NCBI RefSeq assembly: GCF_009914755.1 | Contig: NC_060928.1 | Strand: one strand, 5' to 3' | From: the human T2T-CHM13v2.0 reference genome, Homo sapiens | DNA: 64,000 nucleotides | Shown here: in pieces, positions 1 through 12,409 of the stretch | How positions within the stretch are numbered: the stretch's first letter is position 1 | How the letters are laid out: each line of letters begins with the position of its first letter | Notes under the pieces: generated by a model | What the model was told of the DNA's origin: nothing | The model's database searches: none | The model's input: only the letters and a program-made list of their open reading frames with translations | Position numbers and translations under genes: made by a program

Positions 1-2049
1 TTTGAGAAGTGTCTGTTCATGTCCTTTGCCCACTTTCTAAAGTTTGTGTGTGCATGTAAATTTGTTTAAGTTCCTTGTAGATTCTGGATATTAGACCTTT
101 GTCAGGTAGATAGACTGCAGAAAATTTCCTCCATTCTATAGGTTGTCTGTTCACTCTGATGATAGTTTCTTTTGCTGTGCAGAAGTTCTTTAGTCTAATT
201 AGATATACCATTTGTCAATTTTTGCTTTTGTTACAATTGCTTTTGATGTTTTTGTCATGAAATCTTTGCCCATGCCTATGTCCTGAATGGGATTGCCTAG
301 ACTTTCTTCAAGGGTTTTTATAGTTTTGGGTTTTACATTTAAGTCATTAATCCATGTTGAGTTAATTTTTGTATAAGGTGTAAGGAAGGGGTCCAGTTTT
401 AATTTTCTGCATATGGCTAGCCAGTTTTCCCAGCTTCATTTATTAAGTATGGAATCTTTTCCCTATTGCTTGTTTTTGTTGGGATTGTCAAAGATCAGAT
501 GGTTGTAGATGTGCAGTCTTATTTCTGAGATCTCTATTCTGTTCCATTGGTCTTTGTGTCTCTTTTGTACCAGTACCATGCTGTTTTGGTTACTGTAGCC
601 TTGTAGTATACTTTGAAGTTGGGTAGCATAATGTCTACAGCTCATTCTTTTTGCTTAGGATTATCTTGGCTATATGCACTCTTTTATGGTTCCATATGAA
701 CTTTAAAGTATTCTTTTCTAATTTTGTGAAGAATGTCAATGGTAGTTTAATGGGAATAGAATTGAATCTATCAATTACTTTGGGCAGTATGGCCATTTCC
801 ATGACATTGATTCTTTCCATGGGCATAGAATGTTTTTCCATTTGTTCATGCCCTCTCTGATTTCCTTGAGCAGTGGTTTGTAATTCTCCTTGAAGAGGTT
901 CTTCACTTCTGTTGTTAGCTGTATTCCTAGGTATTTTATTATCTTTGTGGCAATTGTGAATAGAAGCTCATTCATGATTTGGCTCTCTGCTTGTCTATTG
1001 TTGGTGTATATGAATGCCTGTGATTTTTCCACGTAGATTTTGTATCCTGAGACTGCTGAAGTTGCTTATCAGCTTAAGAAGCTTTTGGGCTGAGACAATG
1101 AGATTTTCTAGATATACAATAATGTCATCTGTAAATAGAGTTTGGCTTCCTTTCTTTCTATTTGAATACGCTTTATTTCTTTCTCTTGCCAATTGCCCTG
1201 GCTAGAACTTCCAATACTATGTTGAATAAGAGTGATGAGAAGGGGCATCCTTGTTTTGTGCCAGATTTTATGCGGAATGCCTCTTGCTTTTGCTTATTCA
1301 GTTTGATATTTGGTGTGGGTTTGTCGTAAATGGCTCTTATTATTTTGAGTTATGTTCCGTCAATATCTAGTTTACTGATAGCTTTTAACATGAAAGGATG
1401 TTGAATCTTATTGCAGGTCTTTTCTGTGTCTATTGAGATAATCGTGGTTTTTGTCTTTAGTTCGGTTTATGTGATGAATTACATTTATTGAGCTGCATAT
1501 GTTAAACCAGCCTTGCATCCTGGGGATGAAGCTGACTTGATTGTGGTGGATAAGGTTTTTGATGTGCTGCTGGATTTGGTTTGCCAGTATTTTATTGAGG
1601 AATTTTGTACTGATTTTCATCAGGGATATTGGCCTGAAGTTTTCTTTTTTTTGTTGTTGTATCTCTGCAAGGTTTTGGTATCAGGATGATGCTGGCCTCA
1701 TAAAGTGAATTAGGGAGAAGTCCCTCCTTTTCAATTGTTTGGAATAGTTTCAGAAGAAATGATACCAACTCCTCTTTGTAACTTTCATAGAATTCAGTTG
1801 TAAGACTGTCTGGTCCTGGTCCTGGTCCTGGGCCTTTTTTTGTTTTGTTTTGTTTTTTTTTGGTTGGTAGGGTATTTACTGCCTCAGTTTCAGAACTTGT
1901 TATTGGTTTATTCAGGGATTCAACTTTTTTTTTGATTCAACCTTAGAAGGCTGTATGTGTCCAGGAATTTATCCATTTTTTCTACATCTTCTAGTTTATT
2001 TGCATAGAGGTTTTTATAGTATTTTCTGAGGTTCGTTTGTATTTCTGTG
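1..2049 (-). mobile_element. LINE-1 (older L1PA/L1PB type) ORF2 fragment, 5'-truncated, runs off the window start
   Basis: Minus-strand ORF pieces match L1 ORF2p ([12 protein letters not shown] for the RT FADD region, [47 protein letters not shown]); many frameshifts and stops. Confidence 0.95.
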
Positions 2050-2059
2050 CCTACCCAAA

Positions 2060-3350
2060 GCTTAAAATGTTACTTCTATGTTCATGGTTGCCAAATTATA
2101 CTTCTAACCTAATCATCTCCACAGAACTCCAGGCAAGCATATATGTCCGTGGTTTTAAAATATCCACTTCCAATTGTATTTGATCTCTCGAACTTGAAAC
2201 ATTCAGAAATAAATTCCTTATCTTTCTCTCAAGACATACACCTCCTGCAGTCTTCCCTATTGCAGTTCATGGCCAAATCCAATCTTCAAGTTGATCTGAC
2301 TAAAAGCCCAAGAATCACTCTTGATTAATCTCTTTCTCTCATGCCCCATAACAAATCCAGGAGTCAATTCTTTTAAAATACATCACGGCTGGGCGTGGTG
2401 GCTCACGCCTGTAATCTTACTTTCACAGGCTAAGATGGGCGGATCATGAGGTCAGGAGTTCAAGACCAGCCTGGCTAATGTGGTGAAACCTCATCTCTAC
2501 TAAAAATACAAAAATTAGCTGGGTGTGTTGGCACGTGCCTGTAATCCCAGCTACTTGGGAACTGAGGCAGAAGAATCACTTGAACCCAGGAAGCAGAGGT
2601 TGCAGTAAGCTGAGGTCATACCACTGCACTCCAGCCTGGGTGACAGAGAGGGACTCCATCTCAAAAATAAATAAATAAATAGATAGATAAATAAACAAAA
2701 CATGTTACTACCTCCACCTCCACTGCTTTTATTCACATCATCATCCTTTTTCTTTTCGATGATTACGTAAAATTCTAACTCATTTGGACTAGTTAACAAC
2801 TCAAGTCACCCCAGTGGTTTCCCACTCAGACCTAAAGAAAGACAGATCTCCTATCGTGGATTGACATGATTTGGCACTACACAAGTCTCTCCATGATGTA
2901 CTGTACACTGTATCCACGTTTACTCTCACTTCAGGTTCTTTGAACTTACACTGCCCATTGCCTGGATGCTATTCACATAGGGATCTGGACTCCCTCTTTT
3001 CCATCAAGACCTTGATTATAAATCGCTTCTCTATGGAGGTCTTTTCGGACCACAATGCTTAAAATTGCAACCATTTCCACACTCCTCATCTCCCTCCCTT
3101 TAATGTTTAAAACATTAAAACTAATTTTTTCATTTTCGTTATACTTATCATTACATGACATAAAAATATATTTTTTGTATTCCACAGTATTGTATTATAT
3201 TTGTATTGACAGTATTTCCTGTTATTATAATGTAAGCAGACATTGCATCAATGCAGATTTATCTTTCTGTTTGATTCGTTAACACTGTCATCGGTGTCTA
3301 GAATAAGACTTGACACATAATGCTCAAAACAATTCTTAAAATAATGATAA
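2060..3350 (+). mobile_element. L2 LINE remnant interrupted by an Alu
   Basis: L2-like tracts (gaatcactcttgat..tctttctctc) and an L2-type 3' end (gtgtctagaataagacttgacacataatgctcaaaa); heavily diverged. Confidence 0.55.
2387..2700 (+). mobile_element. AluS
   Basis: ggctgggcgtggtggctcacgcc start, dimeric body, (TAAA)n/(TAGA)n tail. Confidence 0.97.
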
Positions 3351-4412
3351 TATATATAAAAGCACTTTGGAAATTATAAAGTTTCATTAAAATGTTGACA
3401 TTATTATAACATCAACTAATTTTGTCAGATATTCTTCCTTTTAAATTTGATACCTGGTCTTATAAATATCCATAATTATCATGAAATTTATTTCCTATGT
3501 TTCAGGCACTGAGCTAAAAATGACATTAAAATTTTAACTCAGGTGACAGTGAGAACAAGGTCACATAGTGAAAAACACATGAAGAAATACAATGTTAATG
3601 GTTCATTTATGTAATAAAAATCATTTAAAAAATAATAATGATATACCTGTGGAAGTAAAACATATAAACTAATTTTAGTTACGGTGACTGCCATCTCTAA
3701 TTATAGTGGTTTTCATATAGGGAAATTTTTAATATTTTTGACTTACAGCTTACATGCAAGAATTCTCAGTAATTATATATAATAACAGAGCATTTGCTTA
3801 TATTTAAATGGCAAGACAATTAAAAAGTTATTACTCCTCAATGTTTCAATATTAGCACAATCTCAATAATGTGATTCCATTTGTCATTATTAAAAATTCT
3901 AGTCAGAGTCATAGCACTTAATTTATAATCTAATTTTATAAAAATAGTTGACTTTTTATTTCTTAAATATGTGAGAGGGTTAGTGAATTTATCTTATTTT
4001 GAGAACAACCTAATCTAGAGATACCATGCATTTTGAATATAGATAATAAATAATATCTCCAAAAGTGTTTTGTAAATTTATACACTGTATATCAATTTAC
4101 AGTGCTACAGTAAATAAATTTTTGTTTAATAAAATCGGTTCAAATTTTTATGTTTCATTTCAAATAAGGTAAGGTGGAGGTAAGAATTATTTTCATAGGA
4201 AAAACCCTTTTGGAGAAATTCTATTAAAAAAGAGGAAATAAATTTACATGTCATGAAAATGAATAAGTGTTTTTTCTGTTGCAATATGCCTTTTATAAAG
4301 CTTCCTCCTTTTTTGGAAGAAATTATGTCTATTGCTCAGTTCAAAATATTTGACTACATATCCATGTTAAGACCAATATAAGGTCAGTAATCATTTAAAA
4401 CGTAATGTAAAA

Positions 4413-4728
4413 GTTTTTGTTTCTTTGTTTTTTGAGACAGGGTCTTTCACTGTCACCCAGGCTGCCCAGGAGTGCAGTAGTATGATCATAACTCACTGCA
4501 GCCTTGACCTCCCAGGCTCAAATGAACCTCCTGCCTCACCTTTCCAAGTAGCTAGGGCTACAGGTGCATGCCACCACACCTAGGTATACATTTTTTAAAA
4601 AAATTTTTTGTAGAGACAGGGTATCACTATGTTGCCCAGGCTGATTTCCATCTCCTGGTCTCAAGCAATTCTCCCTCCTCAGCCTCCCAAAGTGCTGGGA
4701 TTACAGGCAGGAGCCCCTATGTCTGTCC
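4413..4728 (-). mobile_element. AluJ
   Basis: T-rich tail followed by gagacagggtct..cactgcagccttgacctcccaggctc, typical of AluJ. Confidence 0.95.
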
Positions 4729-4759
4729 TAACATTTTTATCGATTTTATTCCAGTACAG

Positions 4760-4860
4760 TTATTTAGAGCTGTCTGTGCTAAGAAGGACCCCACACTTAG
4801 GGTGTAATGCTTTTTGGTTTCTGTCTTGACATTTTAAATAATTTTATCTTGAAATAACAA
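4760..4860. mobile_element. MER91-like hAT DNA transposon fragment
   Basis: gtgctaagaaggaccccacacttagg..tgtcttgacattttaaataatttt resembles recalled MER91A. Confidence 0.4.
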
Positions 4861-5949
4861 CTTGTCAAATTTCGCCTTTCTGTCATGACCATCATGAGGG
4901 GACTTGTCAATTTGTGAAAGAAGTTCACTTTACTTAGGGTGATTTACTGTTGAGTCATTGATTTACAGCTCTCCCTGGCTTCATCTTGGTCTCAAAATGC
5001 TTGTCACTCTCCACAACAGTTTACTTTTCAATAATCATGAGCACCCCATGGTCACCTGTTTCATTTGCCGTTTGTGTTTCTATGATAGTCTATGCCAAAG
5101 TCTCAATTCCTCCTAGAACTGTTTCCTATATAAATCACACTACGAGCCGAAGTCTCACTCTTTATCAATGTCTATTATGGGGTAATTTTCTTATGTCGAA
5201 ATCAATGAATGGATGTATTTAAGAGAAATCCTAAAAATACTAGGAGTCAAAACAATAAACATTTAATAGTTAACATGTGGGCAGCATGCTAAGGTTTGAA
5301 AAGAAAATTTGAACTCTATGAGAGTCCCCTTTCAGAGACTCTATCTCTTTTTAAATCCTATTCAACTCACATCTCTCTCTCTTGTACTCACTTTATCTGA
5401 GCAACCCATTCATTTTTTTTCTATTCCTTCTGTTCCTTTCCCTGACCTTCCAAATGTCACCCTTTCTTTAGGATTTTCAAAGGAAAATAACAATCACATT
5501 TTAAAATTTCTAGACCAGAAGCAGACCTAGAGGAGCTGAATTAAAGCCATAGCCTAGAACCAAAGTATCTCCATAATTGAGGATTTTTCTAACCTTTGGG
5601 AATATGGGCTGAAATTTGTTACAGAATTAATAATTTTGTTAGATTCTAATTATCCTGGCCTAAAGGTCTATATCAATTAGTCCCATTAACTGTTTCTCTA
5701 TTTTTTAAGCATTTAAAAAATAAAATTTTTAAGGATTTAAGAAATTCTTTAAAAATATGTTAAGATTAAGATTTAAATAACCCATTTGTATTAAATTTTA
5801 AAATAATTCCCTTTACAGGCTAATAAAAATAAAATACACTACATAAAGCAATTTGAGAACATTTTAAGATTAGACTAGACAAAAACTCAAAGTTGTAAAC
5901 TAAAACTAGATGCCAGAAAACTTTCAAACATTAAAAGTTTCAGTATTAC

Positions 5950-7050
5950 GGGTTAGGCCCAGCAACTGGAGTAAAGATATTATGTCTTCTCTCTTTGTAA
6001 ACCTGAATTAGGGGAGTTTTTTAAAAAATAAAATAAAATCTTGAAATTTCCAGTGTGTGGGTGGACATTTTCAGAAATTTAGAAAGTAAACAAATTGATA
6101 ATTGGCAAAACTTTTGGTTCTTTAAACAAAATAACTCTCCACTCCAGAAAAAAAAAAAGATTATGTGTAAAATGGGAAACTTGACATACAGAAACCAGTA
6201 CATACCACGAACAAAAAAGCCATTAAAGAAACCAATTTTCCCTGATGGCTAAGAAACACAAAGAGAGCTGTCCAAAATCTGTCCAATGATATTGCTTCTA
6301 GGGAAACATAAGCACCCAAAAATTCCAGGACCTTTATCTAAATTTCCAAGGAGAATTTGTTGATAACTACATATGGACAATACACCTTTCTTGTTGCTAT
6401 GTATGCTACTATAATCAACCATTCATCCCAGCTCTATATGTCAGATCCCTTAGAGTAAAATACAGACCTGAAAGCCAAGATAGAGGGCACATTGACTTGT
6501 AGCAAGTGAAAGAAAAAGAACTTTTGACTAAAGAAAAAAATCACTGGTGTCAGATTATGAAAGAAGATAATAAAAGGTATACTTGTAGTCTAGTAAATTA
6601 TAGCTAGCTAGAGGAAAATGAACTTCATTTACCTCAATTTGCTAGAGCCATTTAAGTATTGAGTATTTTTCACCATCCTATGTCCTTTCCAAAGTTCCAA
6701 ATTCTGATCTTTTGGCTTCATTATAAGAATACGTCCTTATTCGTGGTAACGCATTACTACAAATATAATAGGTAATATCTCTTTTCATAAAAAATATGCT
6801 TCAATCCCAAGCTATGATCAGATTAAAATGGATCTAGGCATAATTATACCTACAGTATCCATGGCTTGATTAATTATCAGAAAATTAGTTATAGTCCCAG
6901 AATCCTGTGGACAAAACACTACAACACTACAGATCTAGACAGATTAATTAAAGTAGAGCATATAAAAATTCAGATTATCAAAAATCTTTTGAGTAAACAT
7001 GAAGAGATTAGGGCATCTACAAGAGGTGTTATCTCAACAACTTGATACAC
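5950..7050 (+). mobile_element. Possible very old ERV internal (pol/env) remnant
   Basis: A-rich strand bias and faint resemblance to integrase N-terminal and env TM nucleotide patterns; no open frame. Confidence 0.25.
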
Positions 7051-7069
7051 GTCAAAAACCCATCTGAAC

Positions 7070-7228
7070 TAAATGCTTGAGGGGATGGTTTTTACATGCT
7101 GTGATTTTACATGCTGTGATTACCATGTATTGCATACCTATATCAAAACATCTCATATATTCAATAAGTATATACAACTACTATGTGCCCACAAAAATTA
7201 AAATAAAAAGTAGAAAATAAAGTAAAAT
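7070..7228 (+). mobile_element. Short L1MA-type 3' end insertion with TSD
   Basis: taaatgcttgaggggatgg..ctactatgtgcccacaaaaattaaa plus A tail; flanked by aaaaacccatctgaac (7054-7069) and aaaaacccacctgtac (7229-7244). Confidence 0.85.
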
Positions 7229-7244
7229 AAAAACCCACCTGTAC

Positions 7245-7360
7245 ACCAAAACTTATTTCATCTATCTAACCTGTATTTTTGCACTAATTAGCCAACCTCT
7301 TTTCATCCTCCCTCCCTATTACTCCAAAAATATGTGTAATTATTATGTATCAACAAAAAT
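7245..7360. mobile_element. Tiny L1MA 3' UTR element with an inverted 5' part
   Basis: About 7245-7317 is antisense L1MA 3' UTR (ttagccaacctcttttcatcctccc); about 7318-7360 is the sense terminus (aaatatgtgtaattattatgtatcaa). Confidence 0.6.
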
Positions 7361-8399
7361 GACCCAACCCTAAAAAAATAAGAAACTAACTTTGATCCAG
7401 TAGCCAAGGTTTAACTTGCTTGCCTCCAAAACATTCAGGCCGTAATTAAATTGATTAAAGCATCTTTAGATTTTGTAACAGGATCACTTGTAAACCTGAG
7501 GTTACTACAGTTAGTAAAATTTTATGTTCCTAAAAAAACACTCAATATATTTCTACTAACTAACAAATGATCGATAACTGTGACTTTCTTTTTCTCATCT
7601 TACTATCCCCTGATGTAGCATTCCTAATACGCCAAATCTGTAACACCAATGAAGGAAAATTACACGAATATACCTGTAATTAAGGAATTGTCCATGCTCA
7701 CAACAGATTTTTTTGTACATCCCAAAACCCAAATGTGACTTAATGTTTTTGAATAGGTCACTTTTATATTAAATATGTAAAGGGAAATATCAGGGTTCAT
7801 TAAAATATGTAGTATAGTCATTCCTGTAGAAGCCACTTCCTTACCAGAAGCTCAATTGACAGAACTGTTATGTTTTCTAGGACATATCAAATTGCCTAAA
7901 TAAAATAGATCTATATGCTAGTGACAGATATAATTTTGGGATAATTCACTTATCTGAAATGATATAGAAACAAACATATTTCCGCAGACTCCTCAGGTAC
8001 CATTTAAAAATAAAAAATAAACACATGAATTACTTGATACCTTGATGCTTCCATAAATAATTGTCATAAAGGTAGATTCTCACAGTAAACAAGATATTAT
8101 AGGATCTAGGGTCTTATACTGTGAAGAGTGTAGACATACTGTAGAAATACTACATAAACGTATACAAATACTTTAGAAAATCCTTTAGCAGTTTTTATCT
8201 TTGACTAGCTGTTCCAAATAAAGTCCATATAGAAGACTTTCTTACAGATCAAAAACAAGTAGCAAATCTATAGACACACAAAGTCTAGACTGATAAACTC
8301 GGAAAAAAATGCCATGGGGGAATGATAGAGTTGTGAGAACTCAACATAGAAGGATATGACCTGGTAAAACCAGAATTACCACTTACAGCATCAGATAAA

Positions 8400-10720
8400 A
8401 CCCCAAACTGTCTTTGGGTAAAATTTGTCTGCAAAGCAGCCTCCAGGGAAAAATTGGTGTGGAACTGATGCCAATAGGGTAGTGTAGATCATCATGCAGT
8501 TTGTGAGCAATAGAAATCACCTGAGGGGTGTGTGTGTGTATGTGTGTGTGTACACATATACATGTGTATAAATATGCAGTTCTTCTCACCTGAGAAGTAT
8601 ATACAATTTTATATATATACACATAAAAATACATATATACATATATATGGATAAAAAGAGAGAAAGAGAGAGAGGCGGAGGAAGGAAGAGAGACACTTAT
8701 GAGCAGTAGAAGATAATATAGATGGCCTAAAAACAGTGAGACTTTTAAAATCAATAGAGCCTGGAGGTGCTGGGTCTATCCTGCAGGACCTGGCTGAGTG
8801 ACGGATGAAAGGAGTACTCAGACACAGGTATGCCGTGTAAGAGCCCCTAGGGGACTGCTGGGCACTTAGTGGATGGAGAGTGAGCAGTCTGAAATAGCTG
8901 GAGCTGCTTGCTTTATTTCAGTACAGATATAATGCTGAAAGCCTGGAGCCAACACAATCTGTGGGTAATTAACATTATTGTTCCCCTCTTCAGGGAGCAG
9001 TCTTGGGTACGGATGATCAAAAGTCGGTTTCCGGACAACATAAGTTAATAAGCCTATTTAAGATAAATTCCTGTACACTCCCTTGTACCTATTCCTCGCC
9101 CTCTGCCTCAGGGTAAGAGAATAGCTGCCTTCAGCTTATTATCCCCCAAAGCTATGCAGAGCCTTCTGACTTTTCAGAAGGCCTGCTCCTTTTCCTATAG
9201 TTTCTCCCACCACCCTGACTAATCTCCTACGTGGATGGAGGTCTAGGAAACAGATGTCTGGATAGATCTATAGAATTGGGTGCCTAATGGGAAGCTCTTT
9301 ATATTTGAAGAATTGTTAATGCCGATCAGCAACTATCCATTGTAGAAGAGCACTAAACAACCAGGTGGATAGGATGACTTGGCCAACAGGTATCAGTTTC
9401 TATCCTCAGGCTCCACAGTATTAATACAATAGGCTCATGAATGGAACAGCCATGTGGCAGAGATGGAGGCTATCCATGGGGCCAACACCTTGGATTTCTG
9501 TCACAAATTCTAATCTAGTCACTGCCTCTGCTGAATTTTGATCTGTCATGAGAAGATCCTGAGGTTGAATCTCTGATATGGTACCATGTCTCAAAGAGAC
9601 CAATAAGCCTTCTGAAGGCAACTGAATTACATGGAATCTTTTCCAGCCAAGAAATAGCAATGATTATTCTGATCAGGACTGGTATTTACTCTTGATATAA
9701 ATATGCATATCTAACCTGCGATGCCTCAGCCAACATCACTATTAAAGGGCTCACAGAATTTGTACTACTGACATGGGAGCCCACATAACATCATAGCAAT
9801 GATTTGTTGGTGGCCACAAAACCATAGGATTGAATGGTTCTATTGCGACATGCCCCACCCAGAAATGGCTGACTTAATAGAGTAGTAGAAAAGATTCTTG
9901 AAAACATAGCAGAGAAACCAGCTTGGAGATGATACCTTAGAGAATCATCCTGAAAGGTGCCACCCTTCAGGATGGGTAATAGACCTTAAACAAATTGCTA
10001 TTATATCTTTATTTGCCCTCCATTGACAGACTACATGAGTCTGGCAAACAAGGGGTAGAAATAAAAGTGACCTTCACTTTTAAAAACCCATTGATGGTAT
10101 TTGTATTTATCCCACAGCTTCTTAAACTCTGTATAACTAGATGGCCTGGTTTCCAGAGAGGAGGCAAGTGTATCAAGGGATATGGTCAGAGTCTCAATAA
10201 TTTTGAATCAGGAATCTGAGCTCTTCATTCCAGTAGGCCAGCAGGCTCAAAAATGAGTTACAATACCAGCAGGAGTAATTGAAGCTGAATGTCCTAAGGA
10301 TGTAGGACTACTCCTTCTTAACAGGGTCAGGAAGGAATGTTTGGCATTCATATAATCTGCTGAATATCTTTTGCTATTCCTATGTACAGTGTTAAGTGGA
10401 AATATTCAAGTTCAGCAGCCATAGCCAGATAAAAGCAGAAAAAACAGGCTCAGACCTCTCAACGACGTGGGTCTGAGTCACCCCACCAGGGAAGCCACTT
10501 CAACAGCGGAAGTGCTATCCAAGGGTGAGAGGAAAATAAAATAAGTGGTAAAGGAGGGATCTAGTGAATATATCCTATGGTTTTAGGATTAATGATAACA
10601 TTTGGGGCTGTAGTTTATCCCACTAAACCAACTTCTTCCAAAATGAAATTCAGACTAACTGGAGTCTTGTATAGATGTTGCCCAGATGCAGTAAACGTAA
10701 TGTGAGTGCAAGGAATAGAC
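8400..10720 (+). mobile_element. ERVL-class internal pol remnant (ERV3-16A3-like), interrupted by a microsatellite and LTR22
   Basis: Degenerate RNaseH-like sequence near 9240 and an integrase motif reading HPEMADLIE**KRFLK near 9856 (cf. ERVL HPEAAGLIERWNGLLK); leads into an LTR16-like LTR. Confidence 0.7.
8768..9231 (-). mobile_element. Solo LTR22-like element (HERV-K HML-5)
   Basis: Reverse complement starts (c)gtaggagattagtcagggtggtgggagaaa and ends gacccagca; contains AATAAA; 6-bp TSD tggagg/tggatg with 1 mismatch. Confidence 0.8.
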
Positions 10721-11190
10721 TGATGTAGATGCTGTTGATATTCTTTCTGGTTCCCATTTTCCAGTTAGCATGCCCATTCCTTAGTGCATGCAAGTGTCAT
10801 GGCTAATGGTTTACACCTGTGACCTTCTTGAAAGGAATTCCTTGGCTGATGGGGATCAATAGCACCAGGAAGACCTGGGAGGTTACACCTTTCACCAGCA
10901 GAGTAGCTATCGTCTGACTAATAAAGGCATACAAAATTCAAAGCCCTCAATGAAATGGAGGCCAAGTCTCTGTTGTAATATAGGTTTTAGAATCCAATCT
11001 CTACCATTTGGATCAGGCCAGTACTAGAACTAAGTTCACATTCTTGTTTAGCTTCTTGCCCTCCTCCACTTACTTTGTTCACTCTCTTAACAGATTTTTT
11101 TTTCTTTCCCTGAATAGTACTTCTCCAATAAATCATGTTCCCTTGAAACCCTGTCTCAGGCTTTGCCTCTAGAGCACCCAGTGTAAAACA
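10721..11190 (+). mobile_element. LTR16-family 3' LTR
   Basis: Follows a purine tract; ends caataaatcatgttcccttgaaaccctgtctcaggctttgcctctagagcacccagtgtaaaaca, similar to the LTR16 terminus. Confidence 0.7.
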
Positions 11191-12409
11191 GTGATAATCT
11201 GGATATAAATACTTATATAGTGCCTCTATTTTACTATGTGGCTGAGTCAAAGGAAAATAAAAGGTGATAGCAAATAAACCTGACTTTGCCTGAATTAAGC
11301 TATTTTTATGGCCAAAGTCTAGTGCACAAGGGTTATATGAAGATTTTCTTTACTGCCTGCAGATGATCGATTCCAGGTAATGATGGTTAATGTCTAGAAG
11401 ATAGCTTTGAGTAATAAGAACTTATAATATTGCCAAAAATTTAAAAGAGTATATGAAAACTAAGAAGCAATGAGTACAGATGAATAAATAAGTTCCAGAT
11501 AATATTTCTTAAAACTGAAAGTATGACTTAGTAGATGATTTTTTTTTTTTCAGTTTTGTGGAAACAAATGGCCTTCTCCTCATGTATTTTTGAACTGTCA
11601 TGTGGTTGATTTTTTGACCTGAAATAACATGAGACAGAAATCATTTATGGTTGATCCTTGTGGTACTGAGATTTTAATATTCTCATATTTACTTAAGTTC
11701 TTTCTCTGATAAGAGGAGCCTAAGATATACCATTTAACAAAAGTAGACTCAGATTGAGAATGTGAAACACCAACAGGGATTTCAGTCAGCTGTCTTGTTC
11801 TGCACTTTTAGAGCTATTAGAATGGTTGTCAGTGTGACAAACCTTGGCTTTCTGCTTCACTTGTTTGTGTGAAGCTGTATTGGTGTGTAACCTAAAGTCG
11901 AATTTGGAGAAAATCTATTAATTTTCTAAATAAATATTTTAGGTATGAACTTACCATTCTTTGAAGCATGTTTCAAACTATATGGTTCTTTGGTGCCCAC
12001 AGAATTACTAATTGTCTTTGTGAGAGATTTTAAAACAGCACTGACAAAAGATGTGTGAAATAGACTCAAATATTAGTTAAGCAACATGTAAACTTTTTAA
12101 GGTTAAGACCCAACACACTAACCCAAGTTATTATGGAAATAAATTGTCCAATCAAATAAAATCACATATAAAAATTCAAACATGTATTTCACATTAAAGG
12201 GTTTTAATCTAATTAAATAGCATATTAATTGAAAGAAAGTATAATAATTCAGTTAATCTACTTATGCACATTTTGAAATAAAACTTTAATTAATGTAATT
12301 ATTACTGCTCTACCCAAGATATGGCTCTTTATTTTACCAAAATTTTCCAATTTCTATGCTCATATTTATATGTATATCTCAGATATTATTGCTGCAATAT
12401 TTCTTCATT

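Noticed and set aside
370-1000. Similarity to 55002-55628 suggesting a segmental duplication
   Set aside because: Both are independent L1PA copies covering the same ORF2 region; the flanks are unrelated.
17-1620. L1 ORF2p peptides as a functional CDS
   Set aside because: Fragmented by frameshifts and stops and 5'-truncated; a dead retrotransposon.
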